DNA of 64,000 nucleotides from Octopus vulgaris. Its lineage: Eukaryota. Where the stretch lies: positions 35,402,001-35,466,000 of the forward strand of contig OX597835.1 in the NCBI GenBank assembly GCA_951406725.2, given 5' to 3'. Both the position numbers and the translations under genes were made by a program. Below, piece by piece: positions 16,475-33,502 of the stretch; within the stretch, counting starts at the first letter, position 1, and every line of letters begins with the position of its first letter. Under the pieces are notes generated by a model. The model was not told the DNA's origin. It ran no database searches and saw only the letters and a program-made list of their open reading frames with translations.

Positions 16475-17059
16475 GTTATTATTATTATTATTATTATTAC
16501 ATATATATATATATATATATTTTTTTTTACATCAGTAATTTTTTTCTTGTATGTAATTCCACGTTAGAGATATTTGTCGTTGTTGTTGTTGATCTCGCTT
16601 CTTGTATTAAAACAGTATGTGTTGATCTTGACGTTGTTGTTGTTGTTGTTGCTGCTGCTGTTGTTGTTGTTGTCTTTCGGTGGTTATTTTTGTTGTTGTT
16701 GTTGTTGTTGTTGATCTTGCCACTGCTGCTGCTGTTTGTTACTCCTAAAGTGTTCGCTCTTGTTTAATGTTATTATACCACTGACAACAGCGATGACGGC
16801 GCTGCTGCTGCTGCTGCTGCGGCGGCGGCGGCTGCTACTGCTGCTGCTGCTGTTACTGCTACTGCTGCTTCTGCTGGTGATGATGGTGATGTTGCTAATC
16901 TTGATGACGACCACGACGACGACAACAATGGTGATGAAGAGGTACTTGATGATAAGGCTGATGACAATGGTACTTGCAATAAATCGTCCCGCACATTGTT
17001 GAGGTGTTTTTCCATGTTTACCTAGGGAGAAGCAAAGAGTATATATTTAACGGTATATA

Positions 17060-17101
<42 letters not shown>

Positions 17102-17238
17102 GAGAGAAAGAGAGAGATGTATATACATACATACATACATACATATATATATATATTATATATGCATATATACATATATATATATGCATATATATATGCA
17201 TATATATATATTATATATATATATATCTATATATTTAG

Positions 17239-17270
<32 letters not shown>

Positions 17271-17308
17271 AGAGAGAGTGAGAGAGTTTATGGACACATG
17301 CACACAGG
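13940..17308. repeat. Near-identical direct duplication (13940-15388 vs 15860-17308), probably assembly-derived
   Basis: Almost base-for-base identity, including microsatellite lengths, at an offset of about 1920. The flanks are mosaics of neighbouring sequence. Confidence 0.9.
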
Positions 17309-17330
17309 CGTATATATATTTAGGTACGTG

Positions 17331-17367
<37 letters not shown>

Positions 17368-17529
17368 AGACACATATACTTATATGTGTACACACGCATA
17401 CATGCAATTCGTACGTACATATATACATATATACATACAGAGAGAGGGATAGAGTGAAAGAGAGAGAGAGAAACAGGAATAGAGAGAGTAACGATCAGAG
17501 CAACAACATGGACCATAACGACAGTAATG

Positions 17530-17645
<116 letters not shown>

Positions 17646-17874
17646 CATGATGATGGCGATGATGATGATGATAACAAAATTGTTGCAACAGTAGCAGTAG
17701 CAGCAATAATCTTCAACATCACATATTATGTCTGTGTGTGTATGTGTGTGTGTGTGTGTATGTGTGTGTATGTGTGTGTGTATGTGTGTGTGTACACGCA
17801 AACGCACACACGCACACACACTCAATCACATACAGTACATTTAACTAGACTGGATTATATTTCAGCAATACACG

Positions 17875-17916
<42 letters not shown>

Positions 17917-18015
17917 TCACACACACGATCACACACACACATATGCACATACCTGGAAACACACACACACTAGAGAAGCATATGCACTTACGTTCTGTAG
18001 AAGGAGAGAATGAGT

Positions 18016-18064
<49 letters not shown>

Positions 18065-18433
18065 CGGGAGAGAAGGAGAGACAGAAACAGAGAATAGCAG
18101 GAGTAGTGAAAGGGGAAGAGTAGAGAGCGGGAGAGAGGGTAACAATTAAGAAGTGAGTGGAAGGAGGAGAGAAAGAGGAGATACAAAGAGGGAGGGGAAA
18201 AGAGGGAGGGATGAAGGGAGAGAGAAAGTGAGAGAGGGACGGAAAAGGTCATGTTAAGAATATAAGGGACGAAATGAGCAACTTTGTACCTATATATCTA
18301 TTTATCTATCTATCTATCTATCTGCCTACCTACCTACCTACCTACCTAAATACCTACCTAAATACCTACCTACCTGTCTATCTGTCTGTCTGTCTATCTA
18401 CCTATCTACCTATCTCTCTCTTTCTCTCTCTTT

Positions 18434-18481
<48 letters not shown>

Positions 18482-18520
18482 GTCTATCTCTCTCTCTCTC
18501 TCTCTCTCTATCTATATCTA

Positions 18521-18613
<93 letters not shown>

Positions 18614-18670
18614 CTATCTATCTATCTATATATATATATATCTATCTCTCTCTTTCTATCTCTCTCTCTA

Positions 18671-18719
<49 letters not shown>

Positions 18720-18720
<1 letters not shown>

Positions 18721-18805
18721 GATCCCTTTTCATCGAAAACCTACCCCACTTTTTTTGTAGTCTGTCCCGTCTGTGTGCAGCCCTGTGTGGCTAATAAAGA
18801 AACAT
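18720..18805 (+). mobile_element. Short retroelement 3' tail (LINE-like) inserted in (TATC)n
   Basis: Ends CCCTGTGTGGCTAATAAAGAAAC with an AATAAA signal and resembles the tails at 5525-5550 and 44445-44460. Confidence 0.4.
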
Positions 18806-18984
18806 ATCTATCTATCTAGCCATCCATCCACCCATCCATCCATCCATCCATCCATCCATCCATCCATCCATCCATCCGTCTGTCCGTCCGTTTGTCCGCC
18901 TGTCTAGCTGCTTGTCTGTCTGTCTTTATGTCAGTCTGTCTGTCCGTATGTCAGTCTGTCTGTTTGTCCGTCTCTGAACTTATA

Positions 18985-19416
18985 GGGCACACACATGGCT
19001 ATATGGTTCAGAAGCTAGCTTCGCAGCCACGTGGTCTTTTTTTCAGCCTCACTACGCGGCACTTTGGGGAACCATGTTGATGTCCGTTGCATGTGTGCGT
19101 GTGTTTGTGTGCATCTATGTATATATATGTATGTATGCAAGTATGTATGCATGTATATATGCATGTACGCATGTATATATGCATATATATGTGTGTGTGT
19201 GTGCTTGTATGCATATATGGGTATGGGAGTCTGTATGTGTGGAAAATTTGTTTGCCCCACCCTACAAAAGTTGGTAACCGGCGTTGGTTTGTTTACGTTC
19301 CCGAAATCTAGCGGTTCGGTATAGGTTACCGGTGACATGAGTACTTAAAAGAAATAATTTAGTGCAGGTGTCAGTTTGTTCGACTAAAACATACATACAC
19401 ATACATACACATATAC

Positions 19417-19473
<57 letters not shown>

Positions 19474-19485
19474 AATAAATATATA

Positions 19486-19521
<36 letters not shown>

Positions 19522-19714
19522 TGTATGTATGTATGTATGTATGTATGTATGTATACACAGCGGGTTTCTTTCAGTTTCCATCTACCAAACCCTCTCATAA
19601 GGCTTTGGTCGACTCGAGGCTATAGTATAAGAAACTTGCCTGTGGTGCCACGCAGTGGGACTGAACCCGGAATCATGTGGTTGGGAAGCAAGCTTCTTAC
19701 CACAGAGTCAGGGC

Positions 19715-19750
<36 letters not shown>

Positions 19751-20383
19751 GTGTGTGTGTTTGTGTTTGTCCCCCAACCACTGCTTGACAACCGGTGTTG
19801 CTATGTTTGCGTCCCTATAAACTAGCAGTTCAGCTAAAAAGATCGATAGGAAAAGTTCTAGGCTTAAAAAATAAGCCCTGGAGCCGAATCATTCAAGGTG
19901 GTGTCACAGCATGACCGCAGTCTAACGGCTGAAACAAGTAAAAGATAAAAGCCACATACATACATGCATACATACATACACACATACACATATATACACA
20001 TATTCACACACAGAGATATACATATCATATATGGGTGAGTTATGTACGTAGATGTATGTGTACCTGTACAAATATTGCAAAATTAGAAGAAGCTCAGTCT
20101 GCTAGGCTCCATTACGTCCCTATTTTTACTTACATTGCCCTGATATGATGTGATGGTCAAATTTCTTATAGCTATTTAGCTCTTCGTGTTGATCCCACCC
20201 CCAGAACATTATAAATGACATCTGAGTTGACAAACGCTATATATCTTGCATTCATTTATTTATTTATTTATATAATTATTTTTATCATTTTACTTGTTTC
20301 CAGTCATATGACTGCGGCCATGCTGGGGCACCGCCTTGAATTGTTTTAGTCGAACAAATCGACTCCAGGAAATATTTATAGGG

Positions 20384-20418
<35 letters not shown>

Positions 20419-20459
20419 CACACACACACAAACACACCACACACACCACACACACACAC

Positions 20460-20527
<68 letters not shown>

Positions 20528-20640
20528 CTCGCAAGGCTTTGTTTGGCCAGAAACTATAGTAGAAGACAAAGGCCAAAAGTGCCACGTAGTGGGACTGAAC
20601 CCGGAACCATCTGATTAGGAAGCAAGCTTTACCACAGAGC
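18985..20640. mobile_element. Cluster of SINE family A pieces in both orientations
   Basis: Plus copy 18985-19390, minus head 19560-19712, plus tail 19755-19950, minus copy 20288-20640. Confidence 0.75.
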
Positions 20641-20667
20641 CACAATATATGTATATAAATATATATG

Positions 20668-20710
<43 letters not shown>

Positions 20711-20904
20711 TAGATTGTTATAGGGATGCACACTGTACGTGCACTTGAAATGGCCAGGCTTTGCAGATACTGCGTTCGGATTAGTTAAACCTTCTTGTTT
20801 TGCTGGAACCACGGAGGGAGCGATGCATTTAATTGAAAAGAAACTAAAAATTCTTCAGTGATAGTCAGAGATCCATCTATAGTTTCATTATTAATCTACA
20901 TCTA

Positions 20905-20955
<51 letters not shown>

Positions 20956-21029
20956 CACACACATATACGTTATACATATACATATACATACATACAGATA
21001 TATATATATATATATACATACATACATAC

Positions 21030-21162
<133 letters not shown>

Positions 21163-21291
21163 GATGTGTTTGTGTATGTGGATAGGCATAAAAGTATACA
21201 AACCCACTCAGTGAATGTTGAGCAAACTGTTTTTTTTTTAAATTGTCTGTTTACATACATATACTATTAATACATAAATCCGTATATATAT

Positions 21292-21408
<117 letters not shown>

Positions 21409-21833
21409 TAGATAGATAGATAGATAAGTAGAGTTAGCGGTTGTAATTGCCAGGCAAAGGATAACAGTATCCGTTATTACTACCGGTATAAATTATAAAT
21501 TACCTATGTTAACCCTGGGAATGGATATGCAAGCATATTACGCTCATAGGATGCAGGTAATAACAGAATAAATAAGAGTTTATCAGGAATGGAATCAAAT
21601 TTAAAATAAGCAGACATACAGAAATACATACGTAACTACATACGTCCAGGCATACATGCACACATACGTACATTCATAGAAATGTGATTGATTTGTAGGT
21701 AAAGATTTTGCGTTAAGTACACATCCACAGGTATATGCATATGTATATGTATGCGCTACAAGTATGTGAAGTAAATGTCTGAGTGAGAGAAAGCGATAGA
21801 GAGAGTGAGAGATAGAGACAACAGAGGTAAGAA

Positions 21834-21896
<63 letters not shown>

Positions 21897-22303
21897 GTGT
21901 GTGTGTATAGACACGCACACATACACACATGTCTATAAGCGGTTTTAGTTAGCAATATTGGTGTCATACAGTCGACCTAGAAGCACCAATCAGTCAGTAA
22001 GTAGTCGTACAGTTATCACCTCTCTTCTTAACGACTTCGCTAATTACGAGCTTCAACAAAGCGATATATTTAGTTGACCATTCACTGCCTTCTCTCTCTC
22101 TCTTTCTCTCTGTTACTTTTCTTTCTTCTCTTTTCTCTCTTTTCTTTCTTTTTCTTCTTCTCGTCGTTCGTTTTAATTTCCACAATTTCTCTCAATCTCT
22201 CTCGACCTCTCTCTAGCTGAGAGTCTGTGTAAGTGTATATGTCTGCATGTGTTCGTGTGTGCGTGTGTACGTGCGTTTGCATGTGTGTCTATATATGTGT
22301 ATA

Positions 22304-22359
<56 letters not shown>

Positions 22360-22441
22360 TATGTATATGTATATATACATCCACATATACATATATGTGT
22401 GTGTGTGTGTGTGTACATACATACATACATACATACATACA

Positions 22442-22473
<32 letters not shown>

Positions 22474-22526
22474 CATATATGTTTCCAGTCCCAATTTCAT
22501 TCGTCACCGTTTGCAATCTCTCTCTT

Positions 22527-22557
<31 letters not shown>

Positions 22558-23159
22558 TTCTCTCGTTTTCTTTCTTCTCTTACTTTCACTTTCAGTCTTT
22601 CGGCTCTCCTCTTCCTCCAACTGTTCCCCTTCCGCTTTGCTCTAAGTACTCCTCCTCCTTGCTGATCTACAAAACAATAAAATGCGTAATGCTATCCTCT
22701 CTCACCCCGTCATCTCTCACTCTCCCTCGCCTTCTCCTTAGTCTCTTCCCCCTCTCTCTTTCTCACACACACACACACACACTGTCTCCTCACTCACTCA
22801 CTCACCCTACCACTCCTTTAGTCACACCTAGACACTCTCTTACTCTTTCCACACATCCACCCTCGGCACCTTCGGCCACTCGCTCTCGCCATTTAAACAA
22901 CGCCGTGATACTTACGAACTATTAAATCTATCTATGTGTGAGAGTCTATGTTTTGAGTGTGCGCCTGTATATATGCACACACACACATATACCTACACGC
23001 AGAAACACACATTCAAATATACTTTACCTACATGCATACCTACATACATATACGCACACATATACATACATATATACATTATATACTATACATCTATGTG
23101 TGTGTGTGTATGTGCATATATATATATACACATATATACAGACACATATATATATACAT

Positions 23160-23235
<76 letters not shown>

Positions 23236-23900
23236 TGACCAACTCGCTTTGCCAGCGGGGTGCGTCATTTGAAGGCTAAAACAATGCGAAGCGCATTGTG
23301 ACCAGCGATGTGTAGCAACATCTGATAGCCTGGTCGGTCACGGTGATCACAGTGATATATAAATACATATATGTATATATGAATGTATGTATGTATGTAT
23401 GTGTGTATGTATGTATATATATATTTGTGTGTGTGTATTTATGCATATTCATACATAGATACATTAATATATTACATTAAGTATATGCATTGGAAGCCGG
23501 ATTAGAAACTTTGCGGCGTTATTTCCGGTTCTTAGTATTAACATTGGTTTCACCTTTTATCGATAAATAAACTATGACTGCAAACTTTTCTGGAGTGTAC
23601 CAGTAATTCCCACCGGGCGGCATGTAAACCAGTTTAAGCCAGCGTATTTAATTTTCAAAATGAAAGCTAGAAAATTCAAGTACAGGGTGCACAAGTCCTA
23701 TATGTATGTATGTGTGTGTGTGTGTATTTGTGCGTGTGGGTGTGTGTGAACCCCTTTCCTGCGGGCTCTGATAACAATGACGGATTTATATTACAATCTG
23801 CTTTGATATTAAACCTAGTTCAGCTAACTTTAGGTACGCATCAAAAACCACAACTGCTTTCAAATATATTTATATCTATATGCATATGTATATCTCTATC

Positions 23901-23981
<81 letters not shown>

Positions 23982-24612
23982 AATTCTCTCCCTCTCTCTC
24001 TATTTATATATATATAGATACATATATATAAATTTATATTTATGTATACTATATTTTTATATTCATATGTGTGTGTGTGCGCGCGCGCACGAATCCTGTA
24101 TATAAGTATGTCTGTATGTATGTGTGTACGTATAAATATTACTTCGGAATTTCGAATTTATATATTATTCAGGTTTAATGATAATATATGCTAGATCTAG
24201 TATATAAATCTAATCTATAAATGAAAGAAACCTTGAGACATTTAATTATTAAAAATGTCTACCAAGATAACTTATGTATTCTAACATTTAATACTTAAAC
24301 CTAGCTGAAGTTTCAGACGCACAAGTTCTAACTGATTTGCATTATAGCAATATAAATAAATAAATATATATATATATGCATGTGTGTGTGTGTGTGCGTG
24401 TGTGTATGCGTGCATGTGCTTCAGACTGTGTGTTTGTGTGAGTACATGTGTAAAAGTGTAACTGTGAATGTGTGCATATATATATATATATATATATACA
24501 TACATATATATATATATATGAGTGTGTGAGCGTGCACGTGTGTTATAAATAGGACTGAAAGATTTTGATACCTGGTGTGTGACACCTCATGTTGTACCTT
24601 TGCATGCACACT

Positions 24613-24651
<39 letters not shown>

Positions 24652-25075
24652 TTTTACTTTTACATATGTACATAAGCGAGGACGTACCCCTTTTTGACCC
24701 TATATATAAGTATATATTCTTTATATATATATATGCAGAAATATATAATGCATTTGATATACAACGTATGTGGCAACGTTAACTGAGCGAATTGAGTACA
24801 GCTCAGAAAGTACAGACAGAATGAAACAATTTGGGGACGTTTCTGTCTGTCTCTCTGTCTGGTCACATTCTCTTTCTCTATATGGACATATATATATATT
24901 ACCTTCGAAACACGCATTGAGTCGAACCAGGGGCAGCTGATGAAGGGGAATATTCCTTGTATTGTTTGTCTTATACTCTGTTTTATTCGTTGTTAAAAAA
25001 GTCCGTTTCCTTGTTTGTTTTTATGTTTTCGTTTCTCGTTGTATTCTACGTATATTTGTAGTGTCCTGTACTCAC

Positions 25076-25112
<37 letters not shown>

Positions 25113-25180
25113 TGTATATATACATATAGATGTAGGTATGTACATATATGTATGTATGCATGTGTTTTATTTATTAAATT

Positions 25181-25245
<65 letters not shown>

Positions 25246-25338
25246 GAAATATTAAACTTACTAAGACTTTCTAAAGGAGATTACGGCAGCGTTACTGGGT
25301 ATTAATAGTTGTCGCCATACTAATATGGCAGTCTATAA

Positions 25339-25405
25339 ATAAGACTAAAGCTGTCGCTGATTAGCTCCAAGAGGCCACTTGGAGCTAATCAGCGACAGCT
25401 TTAGT

Positions 25406-25410
<5 letters not shown>
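25339..25410. repeat. Perfect 33-bp inverted repeat ending at (TA)n
   Basis: ATAAGACTAAAGCTGTCGCTGATTAGCTCCAAG-aggcca-CTTGGAGCTAATCAGCGACAGCTTTAGTCTTAT. Confidence 0.95.
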
Positions 25411-25501
<91 letters not shown>

Positions 25502-25508
25502 CAGAGTC

Positions 25509-25555
<47 letters not shown>

Positions 25556-25722
25556 ATAAATATATATAATGGATATATCTTTATACTGTGACACGCACAA
25601 ACATCTTATATACGATGCGTGTTACTGTGTTAACACATATATATACAAAATATATATTTGGCTATATTATATATATATGTATGTATGTCTATGTATAGGT
25701 ATATATGACCGAAACATATATG

Positions 25723-25757
<35 letters not shown>

Positions 25758-25781
25758 CATACACACACACACACACATATA

Positions 25782-25872
25782 AATCACCCATTTGATTTAT
25801 ATGGATAATACCATCCAAATTTCAGGTGCCTTTAACTTAAGTACCATATTCATCTGAATCTAAATTTTGCTA
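25782..25872 (+). mobile_element. Fragment of the same Penelope-like family as 54793-55040 (opposite orientation)
   Basis: Reverse-complement match to 54793-54887 (shared ACTTAAGTACCATATTCATCTGAATCTA). Both copies abut (TA)n. Confidence 0.65.
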
Positions 25873-26382
25873 TATACATACATATATATATATATATTGC
25901 ATATATATGTTGGTGCTATAGCATAACCGCAGCTCTTGCGCTGAAACTATTCAAAGATTATTTATATATGATACGTACACACAGACATACAAAGACACAT
26001 ATGCACATACACACGTATATGTGCATACTTATATACGCACATTAATTTACATATATATCTATATGCATTTACCAGTAGTCTGTACATGTTATCTACGGCC
26101 ATTTGTGTATGTGTGCGTATGAAAATATACTTGTCCGTATGTATGTACGCACTGATATCTTTATATGTCTATATATATTTTCATATACATACATGAAAAA
26201 TATATTTATATGTGTGCGTGTGTATATGAATCTGTGTGTGCTAGTGTGTGTATTTATATGTGTATATAGATAAATGTTTCCATATATTCATGTGCATATT
26301 TTCCTCATTTATGGGCAACTAACTTATCGCGCGCGCTATACATATATATAAAAATATATACATACGTATATATATATAAATG

Positions 26383-26511
<129 letters not shown>

Positions 26512-26522
26512 ATATATATATA

Positions 26523-26577
<55 letters not shown>

Positions 26578-26840
26578 CTTGGAAGAAGATGCGTGGCGTT
26601 CAATATATATATACATATGTATATATATATATAAAAGCTTTGTACACATATTTATATACATATTTAAATATATATGTATCTTTATATATATATATGTATA
26701 TACATATTTATATATGAATGAGAGACTATAAATATGGTATATCTAAACTAGTCATGTGAAACGAATGGTCAGTTTCTGATCGCTTTGATGCCATGCAGAG
26801 GAATAAATTATTTGACAAAATGAAAATATATGTAATTACA

Positions 26841-26887
<47 letters not shown>

Positions 26888-27013
26888 ACACGCACACACA
26901 GACACACACATTGAAAATGTACATATGTGTGTATGTCTGTATATATATATGCATATATGTCTGTGTATATATATGTGTGTGTGTGTATGTATATATATAT
27001 ATATATATGCATA

Positions 27014-27098
<85 letters not shown>

Positions 27099-27319
27099 GT
27101 TCGTATGTTTGAATATTCCTTCATTCTAAGCATGTATCTAGGTTTTAGTTACCCATTAAATGATGGCTAACCATTATTTATTACATATCCTTGCTATCAT
27201 ATGCACAGTATTGAAATAAGTGTACAAAGTTTAGCAATAAATCCTTTTAAACATTATATACATATATACATATATATATATATGTTTAAATGGATATATA
27301 TATATATATATGTTTATAT

Positions 27320-27384
<65 letters not shown>

Positions 27385-27417
27385 TATGTATATATGTTTA
27401 TATATACATACACATAT

Positions 27418-27509
<92 letters not shown>

Positions 27510-27532
27510 ATATATTTATATATATATGTAGA

Positions 27533-27614
<82 letters not shown>

Positions 27615-27888
27615 TATACATATATATTTCAATCTATCTATCTATATATTTGATCTATACATGAAATATGTAATCTTTACTTTATATATACATCTATTTT
27701 ATATATAGGTATTTTATATATAAATTGATATGATATATGCTAACTACATTGCATATGTATAAGTATGTTTGTGTTTGTGCATGCGCGTATGTGTGTGTGT
27801 AAATACACAGACACACACAAATATTTATATACATATATACATATAGACATACATATACATATATGTATATACAAACACACACACACAC

Positions 27889-27983
<95 letters not shown>

Positions 27984-29482
27984 GGGATGTTGAGATACAT
28001 GAGACCATTCAAGCTTATGTATCTGTGTGTGTGTGTGAGACAGTGTGAGTGTGATAGAGAAGAGAAAATCCTAGCGGTATCAGTTAGCGGCTCTCAAATG
28101 AAAAGGGGAGACAAATCCATGAAATTGGGAATTAACATCATTGACATTTGACTACTCTTGCTTAAGGAGGATAAAGATGATTTTTGTATGCAACGATGAT
28201 CGTATAAGAGTGACGTGTTTCTGCGTAATTAGAACTTATCAGCGAAGTGATTTCTTCTCGAAATCTGTGTGTTGGACAGATAGCAAAATTCGCATGTAGA
28301 ATGTGAGGGGCAAAAGTAGAGTGTTGGGAAAAGATCTTGGTTTAATAAAATGTTTCTCTGCCTACATGTGCGTCCGTGTATACTTGCATGCATAGGTACT
28401 CGCTCGGACCTTAGGTCTCCATTGTATCTAATTTAACAATATTACAACATTCCTCACTGAATGGGACGCCAGTTTGTTGCAGGGTTATTCCTTTACCGAT
28501 GTGTGGACTAAAACAATGTGAAAAGATATGTTTTATGCAAGAACATAATGCCTCCACTATCCGAGAATCGAAACCCCGATTTTATAATCGTGAGTACAAT
28601 GCCTTAACCACTAGGCCACGAGTTCTTTACATATCCTATGCGAATCTGTATGTTATTTCTTCAACTAACGACCAACAAATGTAAACCACAAATGTGATAG
28701 TGTTTTATTGTGATATAGTGTATTGTATGGCGTAGTTCTGATACAGTGTTTTGTTCAGTTGCGTCGCTCAGTGGTGAGAGCGTTCAGCTCATGATAATCA
28801 GTTCGTGAGTTCAATTCCTGGACTGGACATTGTGTCATTGAACAGGCCTCTTTTTATACTGCTTTTGTTAACTCAATTTAGTATTGATGCCTCGGCATTG
28901 GACCGGTTCGAGGGAAACGGTATAGGTTGTCATGACGTGGGGCGGTGGTTAACGTTGCGCGTTGCAAACTGGTGTGACGGGTGGGGAACCGGAGTGAGCC
29001 AGAGCCCTTTGGTTGTGTGTGGGATTGATCGCGAAGGTGTATAGGTTGACGTAGCTTAGCGGCACATGGTGTATTGCGGTATGTATGGAACGGTCGAAGT
29101 CCTGAGTGGCCTGGCGTGTTATGGTGTCGGGAGTGATCTCTTTTGTCGTGTGGAGTGTCCGTGAAGGCGTATAGGGTAGCGCAACATAGCATAACGTAGT
29201 ATGGGGTGGCCGTGTGTTTAGGGCGGCGGAGCATGTTCTGACGTATGAGGGATTGTGGCCATGAAGGCGGGTAAGGTGGTGTAGTATCGTGTGGCGTATG
29301 TGGGGGTGGATGTGTTTGGGATGGCAGAGCGGGATCTGATGTGTGTGTGCGTGGGGATGGAGGTGACCGTGAAGGAGGTTAAGATGGCGTAGCGTTGTGT
29401 GACGCATGCGTGGTGATGTGGTTTGACATGTGTAGTGTGATGTGGCAAAGTATGATATATCATATTCTAGAGTACTACAGCC

Positions 29483-29566
29483 TGGCATGGTATGGTCTGA
29501 TGTGGTACCGTGGCATGGCGTGGTCTGATGTAGTACCGTGGCATGGCGTGGTCTGATGTGGTACCG
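29483..29566 (+). repeat. 28-bp minisatellite x3 in a G-rich degenerate pentamer region
   Basis: Unit TGGCATGGCGTGGTCTGATGTGGTACCG at 29483, 29511 and 29539. Confidence 0.9.
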
Positions 29567-30285
29567 TGCAACATGCTATGGAGGTGGTATACTGTTGCGT
29601 TACACAGTATAGCGCAAGAGTTCTTTTGTGGAGTGGTTTATTGTGGATCCATGAATTAGTATTCTGTGACAAGGTCGGTATAGGCTGAACATGTGGTAGA
29701 GAGGCGTGAGATGGTATACAGGGACAAAGGATGGTGTTTTTAGTAGAGTTTGATTTTGGTATAGTATAGTCTGGAGTAAATGTGGCGTGGTAGACGGTAG
29801 CCTTGTTATAGTGCTTTACTGGTAAAATGGTTTCAAATTTTGGTAGAAGATTAGCAACTGAAGGTGAACGGGCAAATCGATGGCATCGAATCTGGTGCCC
29901 AACTGGAAGTTTATTTTATCGACTCCGCAAAATATTAAGGGCAAAGTCGACCTCAGCGGTATTTGAGCTAAGAACGTAAATTGCAGGAAGAAATGCAGAT
30001 GAGAATTTTCTGTGATTTGCTAACGATTACCATATCATTGTGGATCGGGAGGTACGAGTCTTGGAAGGGATAGTGACAGTGCTAAGGGACAGTGCTAAGC
30101 ACTAGCGTGGCCAGCCCTGGACCCACACACACAAAATAAAACATTTTGGCTACAGCAGATATTTGCCCAATGGTATGTGTATATATGTATGTATGTGTAT
30201 ATATGTATGTATGTGTATATATGTATGTATGTTTGCATGCATGTATGTATGTATATATTTATGTATGTATATATGTATGTATGTG

Positions 30286-30317
<32 letters not shown>

Positions 30318-30532
30318 TGTATGTATGTATGTACAAGACATTGTAGATCCTTAGCAGGGCAAAAAAGTCACATTCGATCACAGCACCAGTAACAGTTAAG
30401 CTTCGTGCAATGGCCATACTCGATAACGAGGGGGCAGCCATAATAATAATGTATGTATGTATGTATGTATGTATGTATGTATGTATGTATGTATGTATGT
30501 ATGTGTGCGTGTGTGTATGAATGCATGTATGC

Positions 30533-30569
<37 letters not shown>

Positions 30570-30580
30570 CAGATATAAAG

Positions 30581-30639
<59 letters not shown>

Positions 30640-30896
30640 AAGAGACAGAGCGAGAGAGTTCATTGTTCTGTTTAGGAAAGATCAACAAAAAATGTATTCC
30701 ATCCATTGAGAGATAAATATTATTGAATGTACACGATATAAAGATACAAACTACTAAGAGTTTCTTGCCTTGGAGACACGGGTGTAGACATATACATATG
30801 TATATATAAACTTGTACAAGAATGCATGTATTCACAGGTGGAAGTATTTGTGTGTGATTATACATATACATGCACATGTGTGTTTGTGTATAGGTG

Positions 30897-30947
<51 letters not shown>

Positions 30948-31026
30948 ATAAATGCCATTGAATTATAACGTCAACGTTGCAGTTAAGAAACCATATGCCG
31001 TAACCTCCACAACCAGCACCACCACG

Positions 31027-31102
<76 letters not shown>

Positions 31103-31369
31103 CACTACTACTACTACTATTATTGTTGTGGCTCTGTATTTTACCTGCCAAAACAGCCGAGAACACCACCCTTTATTCTCCCCCCCCCACACCCAAAACA
31201 AAAGGAACGACGAAAAGATCATCAACAAAACGAACGTGGACGGAAACAACAACATACCAAAACACTACATACAATAAAACGCTGATACCTAAAGGGATAC
31301 ACATACATCACTCGCCCTACCTCTCACTCTCTCTTTATCTATCTATATAATATATAACAGTGTGTGTAT

Positions 31370-31422
<53 letters not shown>

Positions 31423-31450
31423 CATACATACATATATATGTGTGTGTATG

Positions 31451-31493
<43 letters not shown>

Positions 31494-31576
31494 TGAAACC
31501 ATATCTTTTTATCGTATTCTCATTTGATTCTGTCCTATGTGTGTGTGTGTGTGTATATATATACATACATACACAT

Positions 31577-31617
<41 letters not shown>

Positions 31618-31672
31618 CGGATATATATATATACCTGTATAACATATTAACACATTTCTTCACATATAAATG

Positions 31673-31731
<59 letters not shown>

Positions 31732-31832
31732 TATACATGTATATATATATACATATATATACATATATATACATGGATATATATATACCTGTATAATATA
31801 TTAAGATATATATATTTTTTCACATATAAATG

Positions 31833-31875
<43 letters not shown>

Positions 31876-32316
31876 TGTATAATATATTAATATATATATA
31901 TATATTTATATACATCTTCATACATACACACAAACATTTATATATACATATTCTATACGATATATTATAAATATGTAACACATATATACATATATACATG
32001 AACACAAATGCACATATGTGTGTATGTGAATGCATATGCATGTGTATATAGATATGAGTTTGTGCTTGTGTGAGTTTGTGTGCATGTGTGTGTATGTGTG
32101 TTATATAGAATGTTGAATGTGAGGTGTTATTAAACCAACCAGTTCCCAAAAAATATTTCACATCCATAAAAATTCCTAGTATTGAGACTCTTGCAAAATT
32201 TTGTGGTACCGTATTATAAATGATTATATACCTATTGTTTTGTAAACACACACACACATAAAACCATACATAAATATTTATACAAGTATAAGCATTTATA
32301 TACATTTATATACACA

Positions 32317-32351
<35 letters not shown>

Positions 32352-32436
32352 TTATACATATATATATATACATATATATATATAAATATATGAATGCATA
32401 CAAACATACAAACACACACACATATATATGTATATA

Positions 32437-32478
<42 letters not shown>

Positions 32479-32730
32479 CACACAAATATAAAAAAAAAAA
32501 CTGAGGTAATGAAGTTTCACATATGCTTGCAAAATGTATATAAGTGTGTTTGTATGTTTTTATATATTTATAAACGTGGCTCGATAGATATATCCATGCT
32601 TGTACATTAGATGTGTATATAAATGAGGCGTTAAAACTCCACGCCAATCCTTGCTATATATATGTGCGTATATATACATATAAATGTGTGTGTAAGTGTG
32701 TTTGTGCGTATATATATATATATGTGTGTC

Positions 32731-32789
<59 letters not shown>

Positions 32790-32898
32790 ATTAGTGGATA
32801 TAAATATTTGAATAAACATACACACACATATATATACTGGTACTTTGTTACTGTAACTAATTTTATACTCGTTTGCACTTCTTCCTATTTTCGTTCAC

Positions 32899-32941
<43 letters not shown>

Positions 32942-33122
32942 ACACACACATGAACACACACACACACGCATATACGCGTGCACGTGTACACACACAAACA
33001 TACTCTCTCACTCGCACACATTCACACGTACCTTTCATACGTACATAGACATTCGTACTAGCTTGCACTCAAAGTTATAGAGACGCATACACTCTTTCTC
33101 TCACTCACGGTCACTCTCTCTT

Positions 33123-33174
<52 letters not shown>

Positions 33175-33465
33175 ACACACACGCATATACATATACACAC
33201 ACACTCTTTCTTGTACATTTGCATGTACTCCGTAACTCTCCTTTATTCACATACACACACAGTCACTCACTTCCACACGCACTCACACACACATACACAC
33301 ACTCTCTTATTCACATACACACACATATTCATTCGCATACGCACTCACTTCTTCTTGCATATATTCCCTTACACACACACTCACGCTCTCACTCATGCAG
33401 TCGCACACACACTCTCTCACTGTCACTCAAACCCTCATACACACACTCAGACACTCACACACATT

Positions 33466-33502
<37 letters not shown>

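Noticed and set aside
28878-29672. His/Thr-rich minus-strand ORFs in a GC-richer block
   Set aside because: Derived from degenerate GTGGY pentamer repeats; overlapping frames with no domain.
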